DNA from: Squalus acanthias
Lineage: Eukaryota
Length of the DNA stretch: 64,000 nucleotides
Direction: 5' to 3'
NCBI GenBank assembly: GCA_030390025.1
Contig: CM059432.1
Coordinates: 131,442,001 to 131,506,000 of the forward strand
Below are positions 1 to 11,513 of the stretch, piece after piece. Under the pieces are notes generated by a model, which was given only the letters and a program-made list of their open reading frames with translations, was not told the origin of the DNA and did not search any database. A program made the translations under genes and the position numbers. The number at the start of each line of letters is the position of its first letter. Position 1 is the first letter of the stretch.

Positions 1-230
1 GACAGGATGAGGAGACATGTAGGAACATGACAGTCTGGCTGCATTCTGTCTAACATTCATCTAATAGGGAGAGGCAGTATCTGTGAAGTTTATGTGTGTG
101 TGGTACATTTAATGCATGAAATTGAGTTCACTCTTAAATATTTTACTACAAGTGGTGTTTGCCAGATTTTGATCCTAAATTTTCCTCCTGTTATTTGGTG
201 GTCTAGGTCTCAATCACAGACTATTTTTAG

Positions 231-258
231 ACGTTTTATGGAGTTTGTTGATGCGGAG
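231..258 (+). other. Candidate 28-nt host-gene exon (RFMEFVDAE)
   Basis: Acceptor TATTTTTAG ends at 230 and strong donor GAG|GTAAGC starts at 259; open reading in apparently non-repetitive DNA. No neighbouring exons were identified. Confidence 0.3.
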
Positions 259-579
259 GTAAGCACAGTGCAGCCCAGAAACTGTTGCATAATTGGTGGT
301 ATGAATGAGGTTAAATTGACTCATCATTACTTGAAAATTAATGCTAACAATTATTTTTTTTCCTAATTCAATACAGTAAATTGTTTAAACCAACCCATGG
401 ATGTTGTAGGTTGTGTCTCTTTGTGTTAGCAGACCTGAATAAATTAAAACTCTTCTGGCAAAATTGGAGCTTTTTCATAGTCAAAACTCAGCAATTGTTT
501 CTGGCAACCTTGTTCCTCTGTATTGAAACCTTCAAATTGTACAATCTGAGAGTGGAAATGATCACAATTAAGACTAATA

Positions 580-1940
580 GGCCTAGAAATTCGTTTGCCC
601 CCGAAAACGGGCACTGGGATCGCGATGCGCTAGCAAACCACGCCTGTTCGGAGGACTGCAGGCAGCACGTGAACTTCGTGCTGCCTGCTTATTTCCATGA
701 TTGTGTCATTCAGCCCAGCGCTGAACGCAATGCTGAGTGGCTGAACGCTCAGCAGGGGGCCCAAGTTCGTGTGAGGCTAGCACCAATTAAAGCTAGCCTG
801 CACTATTTAAAGGCGGTCTGCACCTCTTAAAGGAGAGGTGCATTCTGCCTGTTGCAGATCATTGAACTGGCTGAGGACGACTGTGGAAAGGAATTATTAA
901 TGATGGCACAACAGGGAAGAGAGAGTGCACCAAGGTTCTTCGATGCAGCACTGCAGGCCTTGGTGCAGGAGGTCAATAGGAGGAGAGAGGTGCTCTTTCC
1001 ACAGGTGGCCAGGAGGCCCACCAGGCAACACAACAAAGTACAGTGGGAGCAGATAGCCACTGTGGTGAATGCCAGCAATCTAGCCCCGAGGACCTGCACA
1101 CAGTGCAGGAAGAAATTTAATGACTTCACAGAGTGGTCAAGGTCAGTGAATTCATCTTCAAATGCTATATCCCACAAACTGCAACACTAGCTTCACACAC
1201 TGCTCAATTCACCACACCCCAATCACTCACCTACCAACAATCTCGATCAATCACGCCTCATAACTTACATTCGCATGTTCCATTTCACCCTCACACACTT
1301 ACCACTGCTGCAAGTCTCACACCCACATCTCACAGCTTACACACACTGTCAGCTATTCAACCATGACAGGCACATCACCCAAAAACATTGCACCACACTC
1401 ACTGACATACTTCCCTTTCTCTTGCAGGAAAAGATGACCAGCATCAGCGGAACCTAACTGGCGTGAGACAGGCTCGCCTGCATCACCTTACCCCCTTACC
1501 CCCATGGAGGAGACGGTGCTGGCCATTCTTGGGAGGAGCATGGCTGAGCCTGTGGCCAGCGGCGGGGCTGAAAGAGTATATGTTGCCGGTATCCTCATAC
1601 GTTATCCTCTTTCTCGCATCCCACTTCGCTCTCATCCCACAATCTTTTCTGATTTACAAGCTGCACATGGTCTAAGCATGCACCACTTGCTTCCCCCGCT
1701 CCCCACACCACGACCCTACCCTTGTGCCTTTCTCATTTCAGAGTCCCAAGAAATCCAACCTGCCCAGCCAGTGCTTGAAGAAGAGGTAGAGGAGAGTGAT
1801 GAAGAAGAAGAAACACCGTCACTTGATCTGGCAGTCACAGCCAGCAGCTCAGATCCTGACACTGCGCATAGTTTAGAGGGTAGCTTAGAGGTGGGATCTG
1901 CACGTGGTGAGTCACCGGGTACGAGTGGGTTGCAGTCAAT
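580..1940 (+). mobile_element. PIF/Harbinger transposon, left part (one TIR plus Myb/SANT gene), truncated
   Basis: GGCCTAGAAATT at 580 resembles the TIRs at 57799 and 62263 and is followed by a Myb/SANT-like gene. No matching right TIR was seen. Confidence 0.7.
903..1940 (+). pseudogene. Harbinger Myb/SANT-like DNA-binding protein (NAIF1/MSANTD-like), three exon remnants
   Basis: APRF..AALQALVQEV..RREVLF..WEQIA..VNA...RT..QCRKKFND. Donor GTCAGT at 1142, acceptor TTGCAG ending 1427, donor at 1589, acceptor TTTCAG ending 1741, acidic exon 3. Frameshifts and a stop are present. Confidence 0.75.
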
Positions 1941-1979
1941 CAAAATAAATCCGGAAAATTACTTCAAACGAAATTGAGT

Positions 1980-2225
1980 AGGACAATTGGACATAGATTC
2001 AATCTAGTAAAAGGCAAACTTAGGACTGATATCAGGACATTCTTCTGCATACAAACAGGGATCAGTACGTGGAATGGACATTCTGATAGGTGGAGGTAAA
2101 ATCCCTGGAAATATTTAAGAAACAATTGGATGCCACAATGGGGGAACTGTCAGGTCTTTCTGCATTGATGAGCTAACATTGTCCAAATGGCCTGCCTTAT
2201 TGTGTGACTAGGAATGTTATGATAA
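1980..2225 (+). mobile_element. Old CR1 LINE 3' fragment
   Basis: Degenerate GH.F.L...FRT...FF...W C-terminal ORF2 pattern followed by a 3' UTR-like segment. Confidence 0.5.
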
Positions 2226-2514
2226 GAAATTGACTCTCCTGAATCCCAGCTGCTTTATTCATTGACCTGGAATCACCTGTCTCTCTGTGCTCTGACCCCA
2301 GCAGATATCTCAGGGGTATTTTAATTTTTCTGACGGGTTCCCAGCAGTATTTCCGGTCCCACCTGGTCTCCAACCTCAGCTGGAGGGGGTGGATAATCAC
2401 TGCAGCATCAGAAAAAGAAAAAAGTTACATTTTTATTTATATTGCCTGCTTTGCAGCCCTTGATCTTTAAACTCCCCTCTGTTGCCTTAGCACACTGAAC
2501 ACCAGGAACTCAAT

Positions 2515-3467
2515 GGGCTGGATTTAAATGGGGAAGGCGGCTTGGGGGCTGGGGGTGGGGGGGGGGGTGGCTCTGAGGCGGCAGGCCCTGCCGACTTTAA
2601 CGGCAGGGCCTGATTTACATTCGAGCCTCTGTTTCCCGCCCGCAGCCAGCCAGATTGAGAGACTGTCTGGCTCCGGGTGGGTAGGCCTGCGGCACTAAGA
2701 GGAGGGAGTGAGGGATAGCATAGGGGCCGGGCCGTTAAGAGGATCGGGGTGGGTTGGGGGGGTGGAGTTGGGCAGAAGATCAAGGGAGAGAGAGAAGATT
2801 GGGGCCGGATGATTGGGGTGGTAAAGGGATGATCGGGGTGGGTGAAGGAAAGATCGCTGGCCTCCGGATGATTGGGGGCGGGGTGGTGGTGGGGGCGCGG
2901 TGAAAGGAAGATTGTGGCTGGCCACCGGAGGATCGGGGTGTGGGGGGGGGTGCAGCGGTGAAGGGAAGATCATGGCCAGCCACCGGTGGATGGGGCCAGC
3001 CACTGGAGGATCGATTGGGGGGGGGGGGGGGGAGAGAAGATCGGGGCCGGCCTCAGCATCATCGGTGGGGGGGGTGAGAGGAGGGGTGCGGGAAGGCGAT
3101 CAGAGGCCTCATGGGGGGTCTCCGATCGCAAGGGGTGGGTTAGGCAGGGACCCTGGATCCAGGAGGTAGGTGTAAAGGCACTTACCTCCTGGATGTAGGA
3201 GTCCTCGCCTTGCTGTAACTGCCAGGTTTTACGAAGTGTGTAAAACCCGATCAGCTACAGTTAAAAACAAAATGGAGGTTAAAGAAGAGGCTTCCAGCCT
3301 CATTAAAATATTTAAATTGACATCCCGCCTTCTGGCAGAAGGCTGGCTGCCCGCCCCATCCCTCCTCCCGTCCCGCCTCTGTTAAAACCGGAAGTGGGCT
3401 GGTTCAGGTCGGGATTCCGATTTTTAACAATTGAACCCATCCATTTTTTTCGGTTAAAATTCCCCCC
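2515..3467. mobile_element. Non-autonomous Harbinger-type MITE with G-rich core
   Basis: Imperfect TIRs GGGCTGGATTT / AAATTCCCCCC, 3-bp TSD AAT on both sides, and internal similarity to 28011-28876. Confidence 0.8.
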
Positions 3468-3704
3468 AATGTGTTCCTGACTCCCAGTATTACTAAAGCA
3501 TCAATGATAATATCAACATCGATTGGCATATCCCTCACCCGCCCAACTATAGGCAGGCATAATCCGCGTCCGCCAACACTTCCAGTGGAGCAAGCCTTTG
3601 CCTTAGTGGTTCAAACCCTGGTGAGTGGAGACCAGAGCTCCAGCTCTGAATGTTGTGTTAATAAACCAGTGGGATACTCACGTCAGGTGGGTGTGGGTGG
3701 TCCT

Positions 3705-3996
3705 TGCGAGGTTATCCACTTTGGCAGGAAAAATAAAAAAGCTAATTATTATTTAAATGGAGAGAGATTACAAAATGCTACAGTTCAGAGGGACCTGGGA
3801 GTCCTTGTGCATGAAACACAAAAAGTTAGCATGCAGGTACAGCAAGTAATCAAAAAGGCAAATGGAATGTTGGCCTTTATTGCAAGGGGGTTGGAGTATA
3901 AAAGCAGGGAGGTCCTGCTACAGCTGTACAGGGTATTGGTGAGGCCACACCTTGAGTACTGCGTACAGTTTTGGTCTCCTTATTTAATGAAGGATA
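3705..3996 (+). mobile_element. CR1 LINE 3' fragment, left part (host of the insertion at 3995-8510)
   Basis: CEVIHFGRKN...QRDLGV...[15 protein letters not shown]; the reading continues at 8509. Confidence 0.9.
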
Positions 3997-4092
3997 GAAG
4001 CATAGAAGCATAGAAGATAGGAGCAGGAGTAGGCCATTTGGCCCCTTGAGCCTGCTCCACCATTTAATGAGATCATGGCTGATCGTTCAAAT

Positions 4093-7041
4093 TCAAGCCT
4101 TAAGAAATATATCTATCTCCTTCTTGAATATATTTAATGAATTGGCCTCAACTGCCTTCTGTGGTAGAGAATTCCACAGGTTCACCACTCTCTGGGTGAA
4201 GAAATTCCTCCTCATCTCAGTCTTAAATGGCTTACCCCTTATCCTTAGACTGTGACCTCTGTTTCTGGAATCCCCCGCCATCGGGAACATCCTTCCTGCA
4301 TCTAGTCTGTCTAGTCCTGTTAGAATTTTATAAGTTTCAATGAGATCCCCTCTCATTCTTCGAAACTCTAGCGAATATAAGCCTAATCGACCCAATTTCT
4401 CTTCATATGTCATTCCTGCCATCCCAGGTATCAGTCTGGTAAATCTTCGCTGCACTCCCTCCATGGCAAGAACATCCTTCCTCAGATAAGGCGACCAAAA
4501 CTGCACACAATACTCAAGGTGTGGTCTCACCAAGGCCTTGTACAACTGCAGCAAGACATCCTTGCTCCTGTACTCGAATCCTCTCGCTATGAAGGCCAAC
4601 ATACCATTTGCCTTCTTAACCGCCTGCTGCACCTGCATGCTTACCTTCAGCGACTGGTGCACAAGGACACCCAGGTCTCGTTGCACTTCCCCTTTTTCCC
4701 AATCTATTGCCGTTCAGATAATAATCTGTCTTCCTGTTTTTGCCACCAAAGTGGATAACCTCGCATTTATCCACATTATACTGCATCTGCCATGCATCTG
4801 CCCAATCACCCAACCTGTCCAAATCATACTGGAGTTTCTCTGCATCCTCCTCACAGCACACACGCCCACCCAGCTTTGTGTCGTCTGTAAACTTAGAGAT
4901 ATTACATCTAGTTCCCTCATCTAGATCATTAATATATATTGTGAATAGCTGGGGTCCTAGCACCGATCCCTGTGGTACCCCACTAGTCACTGCCTGCCAC
5001 TCGGAAAAAGACCCATTTATTCCAATTCTTTGCTTCCTGTCTGCCAACCAGTTCTCTATCCAAATCAGTACCTCACCCCCAATCCCATGTGCCTTAACTT
5101 CGCACGCTAAACTCTTATGCGGGACCTTATCGAAAGCCTTCTGAAAGTCCAAATACACCACATCCACTGGTTCTCCCTTATCTATTCTACCAGTTACATC
5201 CTCAAAAAATTCCAGTAGATTAGTCAGGCATGATTTCCCTTTTGTAAATCCATGTTGACTTTGACCGATCCTGTCACTGTTTTCCAAGTGCTCTGCTATT
5301 ACATCTATAATGGACTCTAGCATTTTCCCCACTACCGATGTCAGGCTTACCGGTCTATAATTCCCCGTTTTTTCTCTACCACCTTTTTTAAATAGTGGGG
5401 TTACATTAGCTACCCTCCAATCCATGGGAACTGTTCCAGAGTCCATAGAATTTTGAAAGATGACCAGCAATGCATCTACTATTTCTAGGGCCACTTCCTT
5501 AAGTACCCTAGGATGTAGATTATCAGGCCCTGGGGATTTATCGGCCTTCAATCCCGTCAATTTCCCTAACACCATTTCCCTACAAATAATGATTTCATTC
5601 AATTCCTCCCTCTCATTAGACCCTATGTTCCCCGACATCTCTGGGAGTTTATTTGTGTCCTCCTTTGTGAAGACAGAACCAAAGTATATATTTAATTCGT
5701 CAGCCATTTCTTTGTTTCCCATTAAAAATTCCCCTGATTCTGACTGCAAGGGACCTACGCTTGACTTCACCAATCTTTTTCTCTTCATGTATCTATAGAA
5801 GCTTTTACAGTCAGTTTTTATGTTCCCTGCAAGCTTATTCTCATATTCTATTTTCCCCCTCTTAATTAATTCCTTTGTCGACCTTTGCAGAATCCTAAAC
5901 TGCTCCCAATCCTCAGGTTTGCTGCTTTTTCTGGCCAATATATATGTCCTCTCCTTGGATCTTATGCTATCCCTAATTTCCCTTGTTAGCCACGGTTGAG
6001 TCACCATTTTTGTTTTATTTTTATGCCAAACAGGGATGAACAAATTCTGTAGTTCATCCATGCAATCTTTAAATGTTTGCCATTGCCTATCCACCGTCAA
6101 CCCTTTAAGTAACGCTCCCCAATCCACCCTCGCCAACTCGCGCCTCATACCATCGTAGTTTCCTTTATTTAAATTTAGGACCCTAGTCTCTGAGTCAACT
6201 ACTTCACTCTCCATCTTAATGAAGAATTTTATCATATTATGATCGCTCCTCCCCAAGGGGCCTCGCACAACAAGATTGCTAATTAATCCTTTCTCATTAC
6301 TTAATACCCAGTCTAAGATGGCCTGATCTCCAGTTGGTTCCTTGACATATTGGTCCAGGAAACCATTCCGTATACACTCTAGGAATTCCTCCTCCACAGT
6401 TTTGTTACTAATTTGGTTAGCCCAATGTATATGTAGATTAAAGTCACCCATGATGACTGCTGTGCCCTTATTGCACGCGTCTCTAATTTCCCATTTAATG
6501 CCATCCCCAACCTCAGCATTACTGTTTGGTGTCTGTATACAACTCCCACTAACGTTTTCTGCCCCTTGGTATTTCTCAGCTCTACCCATACAGATTCCAC
6601 ATCATCAGAGCTAATATCCTTCCTTACTATTGTGTTAATCTCCTCTTTAACCAGCAATGCTACCCCACCTCCTTTTCCTTTTTGTCTGTCCTTCCTGAAT
6701 ATTGAATACCTCTGGATGTTGAATTCCCAGCCTTGGTCACCCTGGAGCCATGTCTCCGTAATCCCAATTATATCATATCCGTTTACATCTATTTACGCAG
6801 CTAATTCATCCACCTTATTACGAATGCTCCTCGGATTAAGACACAAAGCCTTCAGGCTTGTTTTTTTAACACTCTTAGTCCTTTTAGAATTATTATTTAC
6901 TGTAGCTCTGTTTGATTTCAACCTTTGATTTCTCTGCCTTCCACTTTTGCTTTTCTCCTTCCTGTCTTTTGCTTCTATCCTTGCTTCCCTTTCCTCTGTT
7001 TCCCTGCACAGGTTCCCAACCCCCTGCCATTTTAGTTTAAA
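4093..7041 (-). pseudogene. CR1 ORF2 (AP endonuclease + reverse transcriptase), frameshifted
   Basis: GDFN, SDHN, NYRPVSLTS, YLDFQKAFD, GVPQGSVLGP and FTDD (FADD altered); split over ORFs 6379-6657, 4616-6589 and 4093-4686. Confidence 0.95.
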
Positions 7042-7982
7042 CCCTCCCCAACAGCACTAGCAAACACTCCCCCTAGGACATCGGTCCCGGTCCTGCCCAG
7101 GTGCAAACCGTCCAGTTTCTACTGGTCCCACCTCCCCCAGAACCGGTTCCAATGTCCCAGGAATTTGAATCCCTCCCCCTTGCACCATTCCTCTAGCCAT
7201 GTATTCATCTGAAATATCCTTCTATTTCTACTCTGACTAGCATGTGGCACTGGTAGCAATCCTGAGATTACTACCTTTGAGGTCCTATTTTTTAATTTAC
7301 CTCCTAACTCCCTATATTCAGCTTTTAGGACCTCATCCCGTTTTTTACCTATATCGTTGGTACCTATATGCACCACGACAACTGGCTGTTCACCCTCCCC
7401 TTCCAGAATGCCCTGCAGCCGCTCCGAGACATCCTTGACCCTTGCACCAGGGAGGCAACATACCATCCTGGAGTCTTGTTTGCGGCCGCAGAAACGCCTA
7501 TCTATTCCCCTTACAATAAAATCCCCTATCACTATAGCTCTCCCGCTCTTTTTCCTCCCGTCCTGTGCAGCAGAACCACCCATGGTGCCAGGAAGTTGGT
7601 TGCTGCTGCTTTCCCCCGATAAGCCATCTCCCTCAACAATATCCAAAGTGGTATATCTGTTTGAGAGGGGGATGTCCACAGGGGACCCCTGCACTACCTG
7701 CCTGCGCCTACTACTCTGCCTGGTGGTCACCCATTCCCTTCCTGCCTGTGCAGCCTTTACCTGCGGTGTGATCAACTCCCTAAACGTGCTATCCACAATG
7801 TCCTCAGCATCGCAAATGCTCCAGTATGCATCCATTCGCAGCTCCAGCGCCGCAATGCGGTCTGCTAGTAGCTGCAGCTGGATACACTTCCCGCACACAT
7901 GGTCAACAGGGATACAGGAAGTGTCCCTGATTTCCCACATAGTGCAGGAGGAGCATGCCACGGGGCTGAGCTGTGCTGCCAT
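7032..7982 (-). pseudogene. CR1 ORF1 (zinc finger/leucine zipper + SGNH esterase) with premature stop
   Basis: CSSC-X16-CGKC and GTND; GDS changed to GDF; stop at 7119-7121. The ATG-to-natural-stop span (951 nt) equals that of the intact copy. Confidence 0.92.
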
Positions 7983-8290
7983 TACTTATCCTTTAATTAA
8001 TTTAAATTAACTCAAATCAATACCACAAATTACACTACAATTAAATGATATACTCAAGGGCCCTTGTATACTAGCACTCCCTGCTACACAACAGAGACCT
8101 TAGAAACTATAACCACAAAAATTAGGACCTACTAAACTTTATAAACTATTAACCTTAACTGTCAAACTACAGAGTAGTATAAATACTCACCTGGCTGTAC
8201 TCACCCAATCAGCTGCTTCCTCTTGTCCACATCACTTTTTGAATTGTGACGTGGCTCTGGAACGCCGCCACCGGTCTGTGAGATTGGTAA

Positions 8291-8509
8291 GCCTCTGAAA
8301 AAAAGCCCGAGAAAGTGAGTTTAAATACTCACTGTGCTGCTGCTCTCTCTGCTCCCGACACTGGCCTCTGCAAAAAAGCCCGCGAAAGTGAGTTTAAATA
8401 CTCACTGTGCTGCTGCTCTCTCCGCTCCCGACATTGGCCTCTGCAAAAAAGTCCGCGAAAGTGAGTTTAACTACTCACTGTGCTGCTGCTCTCTCCGCTC
8501 CCGACACTG
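8291..8509 (-). repeat. Three tandem 73-bp monomers in the CR1 5' UTR
   Basis: Units start at 8291, 8364 and 8437. Element-sense core: TGTCGGGAGCG...GTGAGTATTTAAACTCACTTTCGCGGGCTTTT. Confidence 0.95.
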
Positions 8510-9028
8510 GATATACTTGCATTGGAGGCAGTTCAGAGACGATTCACTAGGTTAATTCCAGAGATGAGGGGGTTGAATTATGAAGAAAGGTTGAGCAGGT
8601 TGGGCCTATACTCATTGGAATTTAGAAGAATGAGAGGTGATCTTATTGAAACATATAAGATTCTGAAGGGGCTCGACAAGGTAGATGCAGAGAGGATGTT
8701 TCCCCTCGTGGGGAAATCTAGAACTCGGGGGCATAGTTTCAGAATAAAGGGTCGCCCTTTTAGAACTGAGATGAGGAGGAATTTCTTCTCTCAGAGGGTC
8801 GTAAATTTGTGGAATTCTCTGCCCCAGAGAGCCATGGAGGCTGGGTCATTAAATACATTTAAGGTGGAGATAGACAGATTTTTGCAAGATAAGGGAGTGA
8901 AGGGTTATGGGGAGCGGGCAGGGAAGTGGCTTTGAGCCCAAGATCAGCCATGATCTTATTGAATGGCGGAGCAGGCTCGAGGGGGCAAGTGGCCTATTCC
9001 TGCTCCTATTTCTTATGTTCTTATGTTC
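8509..9028 (+). mobile_element. CR1 LINE 3' end, right part of the host element
   Basis: DILALEAVQRRFTRLIP...RRMRGDLIETYKIL...FFSQRVVNLWNSLP, 3' UTR and (TCTTATGT)n tail. Confidence 0.92.
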
Positions 9029-9836
9029 CTCCATTGCATGGGTTGTGAAAGCCCATAAAACCCTTCTGCCATTTAAGGATAAACACCCCATGAACTGGTA
9101 TAAAGATGGTTACGGCCAAGGAAGGAGTGCTCACGTCGTGGCCTGTCAGACTGTTAACTAGCCTACGAATCCTTCCACTACTTCATGTTATTCTACAAGG
9201 GAAGAGCATAAAGGTATGAAAACAACAACATCACTTCCAGTGGAAAATGACAGAAGTAGTGGTGAAAGCTGGGAATGCAGAATGGTTCCCTGCCACATTT
9301 CTCAATCCCAACAGCTCAGACACCACCGGAAAATGGGTTGTAAATCCCCAGAAAAGTCAGGCATTGTCTCTTAGGAATACGGTCATGTCATGCATGATAT
9401 CTTTTATGAGGCAGGGACTTGATGGAAGAGATTAGGAGTAAAAAGCATGTACGCATCAGTTAAGTGTATCGTTGGTTATCTGAGGAATTGCTGTAGGGGT
9501 AACTATAGGTGAACAGCCAGAAGACTGAGAGCTCATCCAGAAAAGGATAACTGGGGAACCCCAGCCTGAAATAATTAATGCAAAAGTGTTCCCCGAGGGA
9601 ATAATTTTATATTGAAATGCACATTGATCGGGATCCTTTAGTAAAGACAACCAGCATCAGTTATTGACTTATGGTACTGTCTTTAAATTATATATACGAA
9701 CTCTTCACGGAGTATTATTGTTTTCCATTACTGTGACAATATAAGGTGTAGAAAATGTTATGCGTATTTACATAGTCGTTCACACTTAACTCCTTGGATC
9801 TTTATCCTGGTAGTTCAGTGGATAAATGTATTGTGT

Positions 9837-10150
9837 CTCTGCGATTCTGGTCTCCAATTCTAGCCTCTTGCGCATCCCCGATTTTTATCACACCACCATT
9901 GGATTAAGCTGCTTAGGCCCTAAACTCTGGCATTCTCTCCCTAAACTTCTCCTCCTCTCCACCTCTCTCTCCTCATTTAAGATGCTCCTTAAAACCTACC
10001 TCTTTGACCAAGCTTTTGGTCACCTGTCCTAATATCTCCTTATGTGGTTCGGTGTCAAATTGTTGTTTGACAACGCTCCTATGAAGTGCCTTGGGACGTG
10101 CTACTACGTTAAAGGTGCTATATAAATGCAAGTTGTTGTTGTTGTTGTGT
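9837..10150 (+). mobile_element. L2-like LINE 3' fragment
   Basis: GPKLW.SLP...SSFK.LLKTYLFDQAF, 3' UTR ending GCTATATAAATGCAA(GTT)n. Appears inserted in an older SINE-like sequence (9810-10500). Confidence 0.7.
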
Positions 10151-11005
10151 AGTACTGAAACACAGGGACTAGGAAGGTCCCCCCATTCAAATCCTGATCT
10201 GTGATGAATTATCCAATCTCAAAAAAGGCAGCCATGGGGGCACTGTAATTCGTCTCAGCAGACCTGAACTAGGGAGGCGAGGGGAAAAATTAGTTAGGAT
10301 TTCCACTCCTGATGATCACCTGGTAATTCCTACTGCAATTGTGAGGACAGAATTGGGATTAGCTGTGATGCCCCTTCCAAGGCGAAATAGTCTGCCAACA
10401 CACTATCTAGGCTTGCACATGAAAAATGACCACTTGGAGAAGGTACCAGAGGGGGAGCCACTAAAACCATATCCTGGCATGAGTCACTAGATTCAACAGA
10501 GACAGAAATCTGGAGTCGGAAAGGCTTTAGCTTTTTATTTTGACTGGGAGAATTTCTGTCATTAAAATACAGTTCGGTTCAATGGCAGCTGTTTTACTGA
10601 TAAAGACAGAGTTAAACAAAACTAAAGCAACAACTTTGCCCTGAAGAGAACTTGAAACATTTCACCGCAATTTATCACTCAGGAGGTGACAAATTTGATT
10701 TAGCTTTGATTAGACAATTGCTGGCTGGGCGATTAGGTTGATATATGGGTGTAACCAAGGAAACATGGGTGGGGATAGGCAGAAATAGTCAGCATTAATG
10801 CTATCTAGCCAAAGGATAAAAAACCTGTATCGCCAGTAACTAATGGAGTACAAGTGAGTCATTGTGAGAACATCACAGATAACTTACAAAGGCAACTTTT
10901 TATGGTATCTCAAATATTACTATTGTATACTGATGTGATATTTTCTGATTTACTGCTGCAGATTACCACTCAGTAAACTTCCAATGATGTTCTTTGTCCC
11001 TCCCA

Positions 11006-11480
11006 GTGTCAGCTGTGGCTCAGTTGGTAGCACACTTGCCTCTGAGTCAGAAGGTCGTAGGTTCAAGTTCCCACGTCCAGGGACTTGAGCACATAAAGCT
11101 AGGTTGACACTTCAGTGCAATGCTGAGGGAGTGCTGCACTGTCGGAGGTGCCATTTTTCAGATGAGATGTTAAACCGAGGCCCCGTCTGCACTCTTAGGT
11201 GGACGTAAAAGATCCCATGGCACTATTTTCGAAGAAGAGCAGGGGAGTTATCCCTTGTGTCCTGGCCAACATTTATCCCTCAACCAACATAACAAAAACA
11301 GATTATCTGGTCATTATCACATTGCTGTTTGTGGGAGCTTGCTGTGCGCAAATTGGCTGCTGCGTTTCTCACATTACAACAACAGTGACTACACTTCAAA
11401 AGTACTTCATTGCCTGTAAAGCGCTTTGAGACGTCCAGTGGTGGTGAAAGGCGCTATATAATTGCAAGTCTTTCTTTCTC
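11006..11480 (+). mobile_element. tRNA-derived DeuSINE-like (SacSINE1-like) SINE
   Basis: Box A (TGGCTCAGTTGG) and box B (GGTTCAAGT), Deu-like central domain, tail GGCGCTATATA..TGCAAGTCTTTCTTT; six similar copies occur in the window. Confidence 0.85.
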
Positions 11481-11513
11481 TAGTACTAGGGTTGACAACT
11501 CTAGTTGGATGTG

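Larger units (their letters stand above)
3995..8510 (-). mobile_element. Full-length but decayed CR1 LINE with 5' tandem monomers
   Basis: 3' octamer tail (TAGAAGCA repeats on plus strand), ORF2, ORF1 and 5' UTR with three 73-bp repeats; GGATA duplicated at 3992-3996 and 8509-8513. Confidence 0.95.

Noticed and set aside
852..1977. Host NAIF1/MSANTD gene
   Set aside because: Frameshifted, truncated, next to a Harbinger-like TIR, and similar remnants recur in the window.
7357..8010. Antisense ORFs recurring opposite CR1 ORF1/ORF2 (also 14065-14961, 4740-5144, 38058-38462)
   Set aside because: Shadow frames of related coding sequence; lengths vary between copies and no domains are recognisable.
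11010..11085. tRNA gene (also at the other SINE heads)
   Set aside because: Box A/B are present but continue into a ~470-bp repeated SINE body; no complete cloverleaf.
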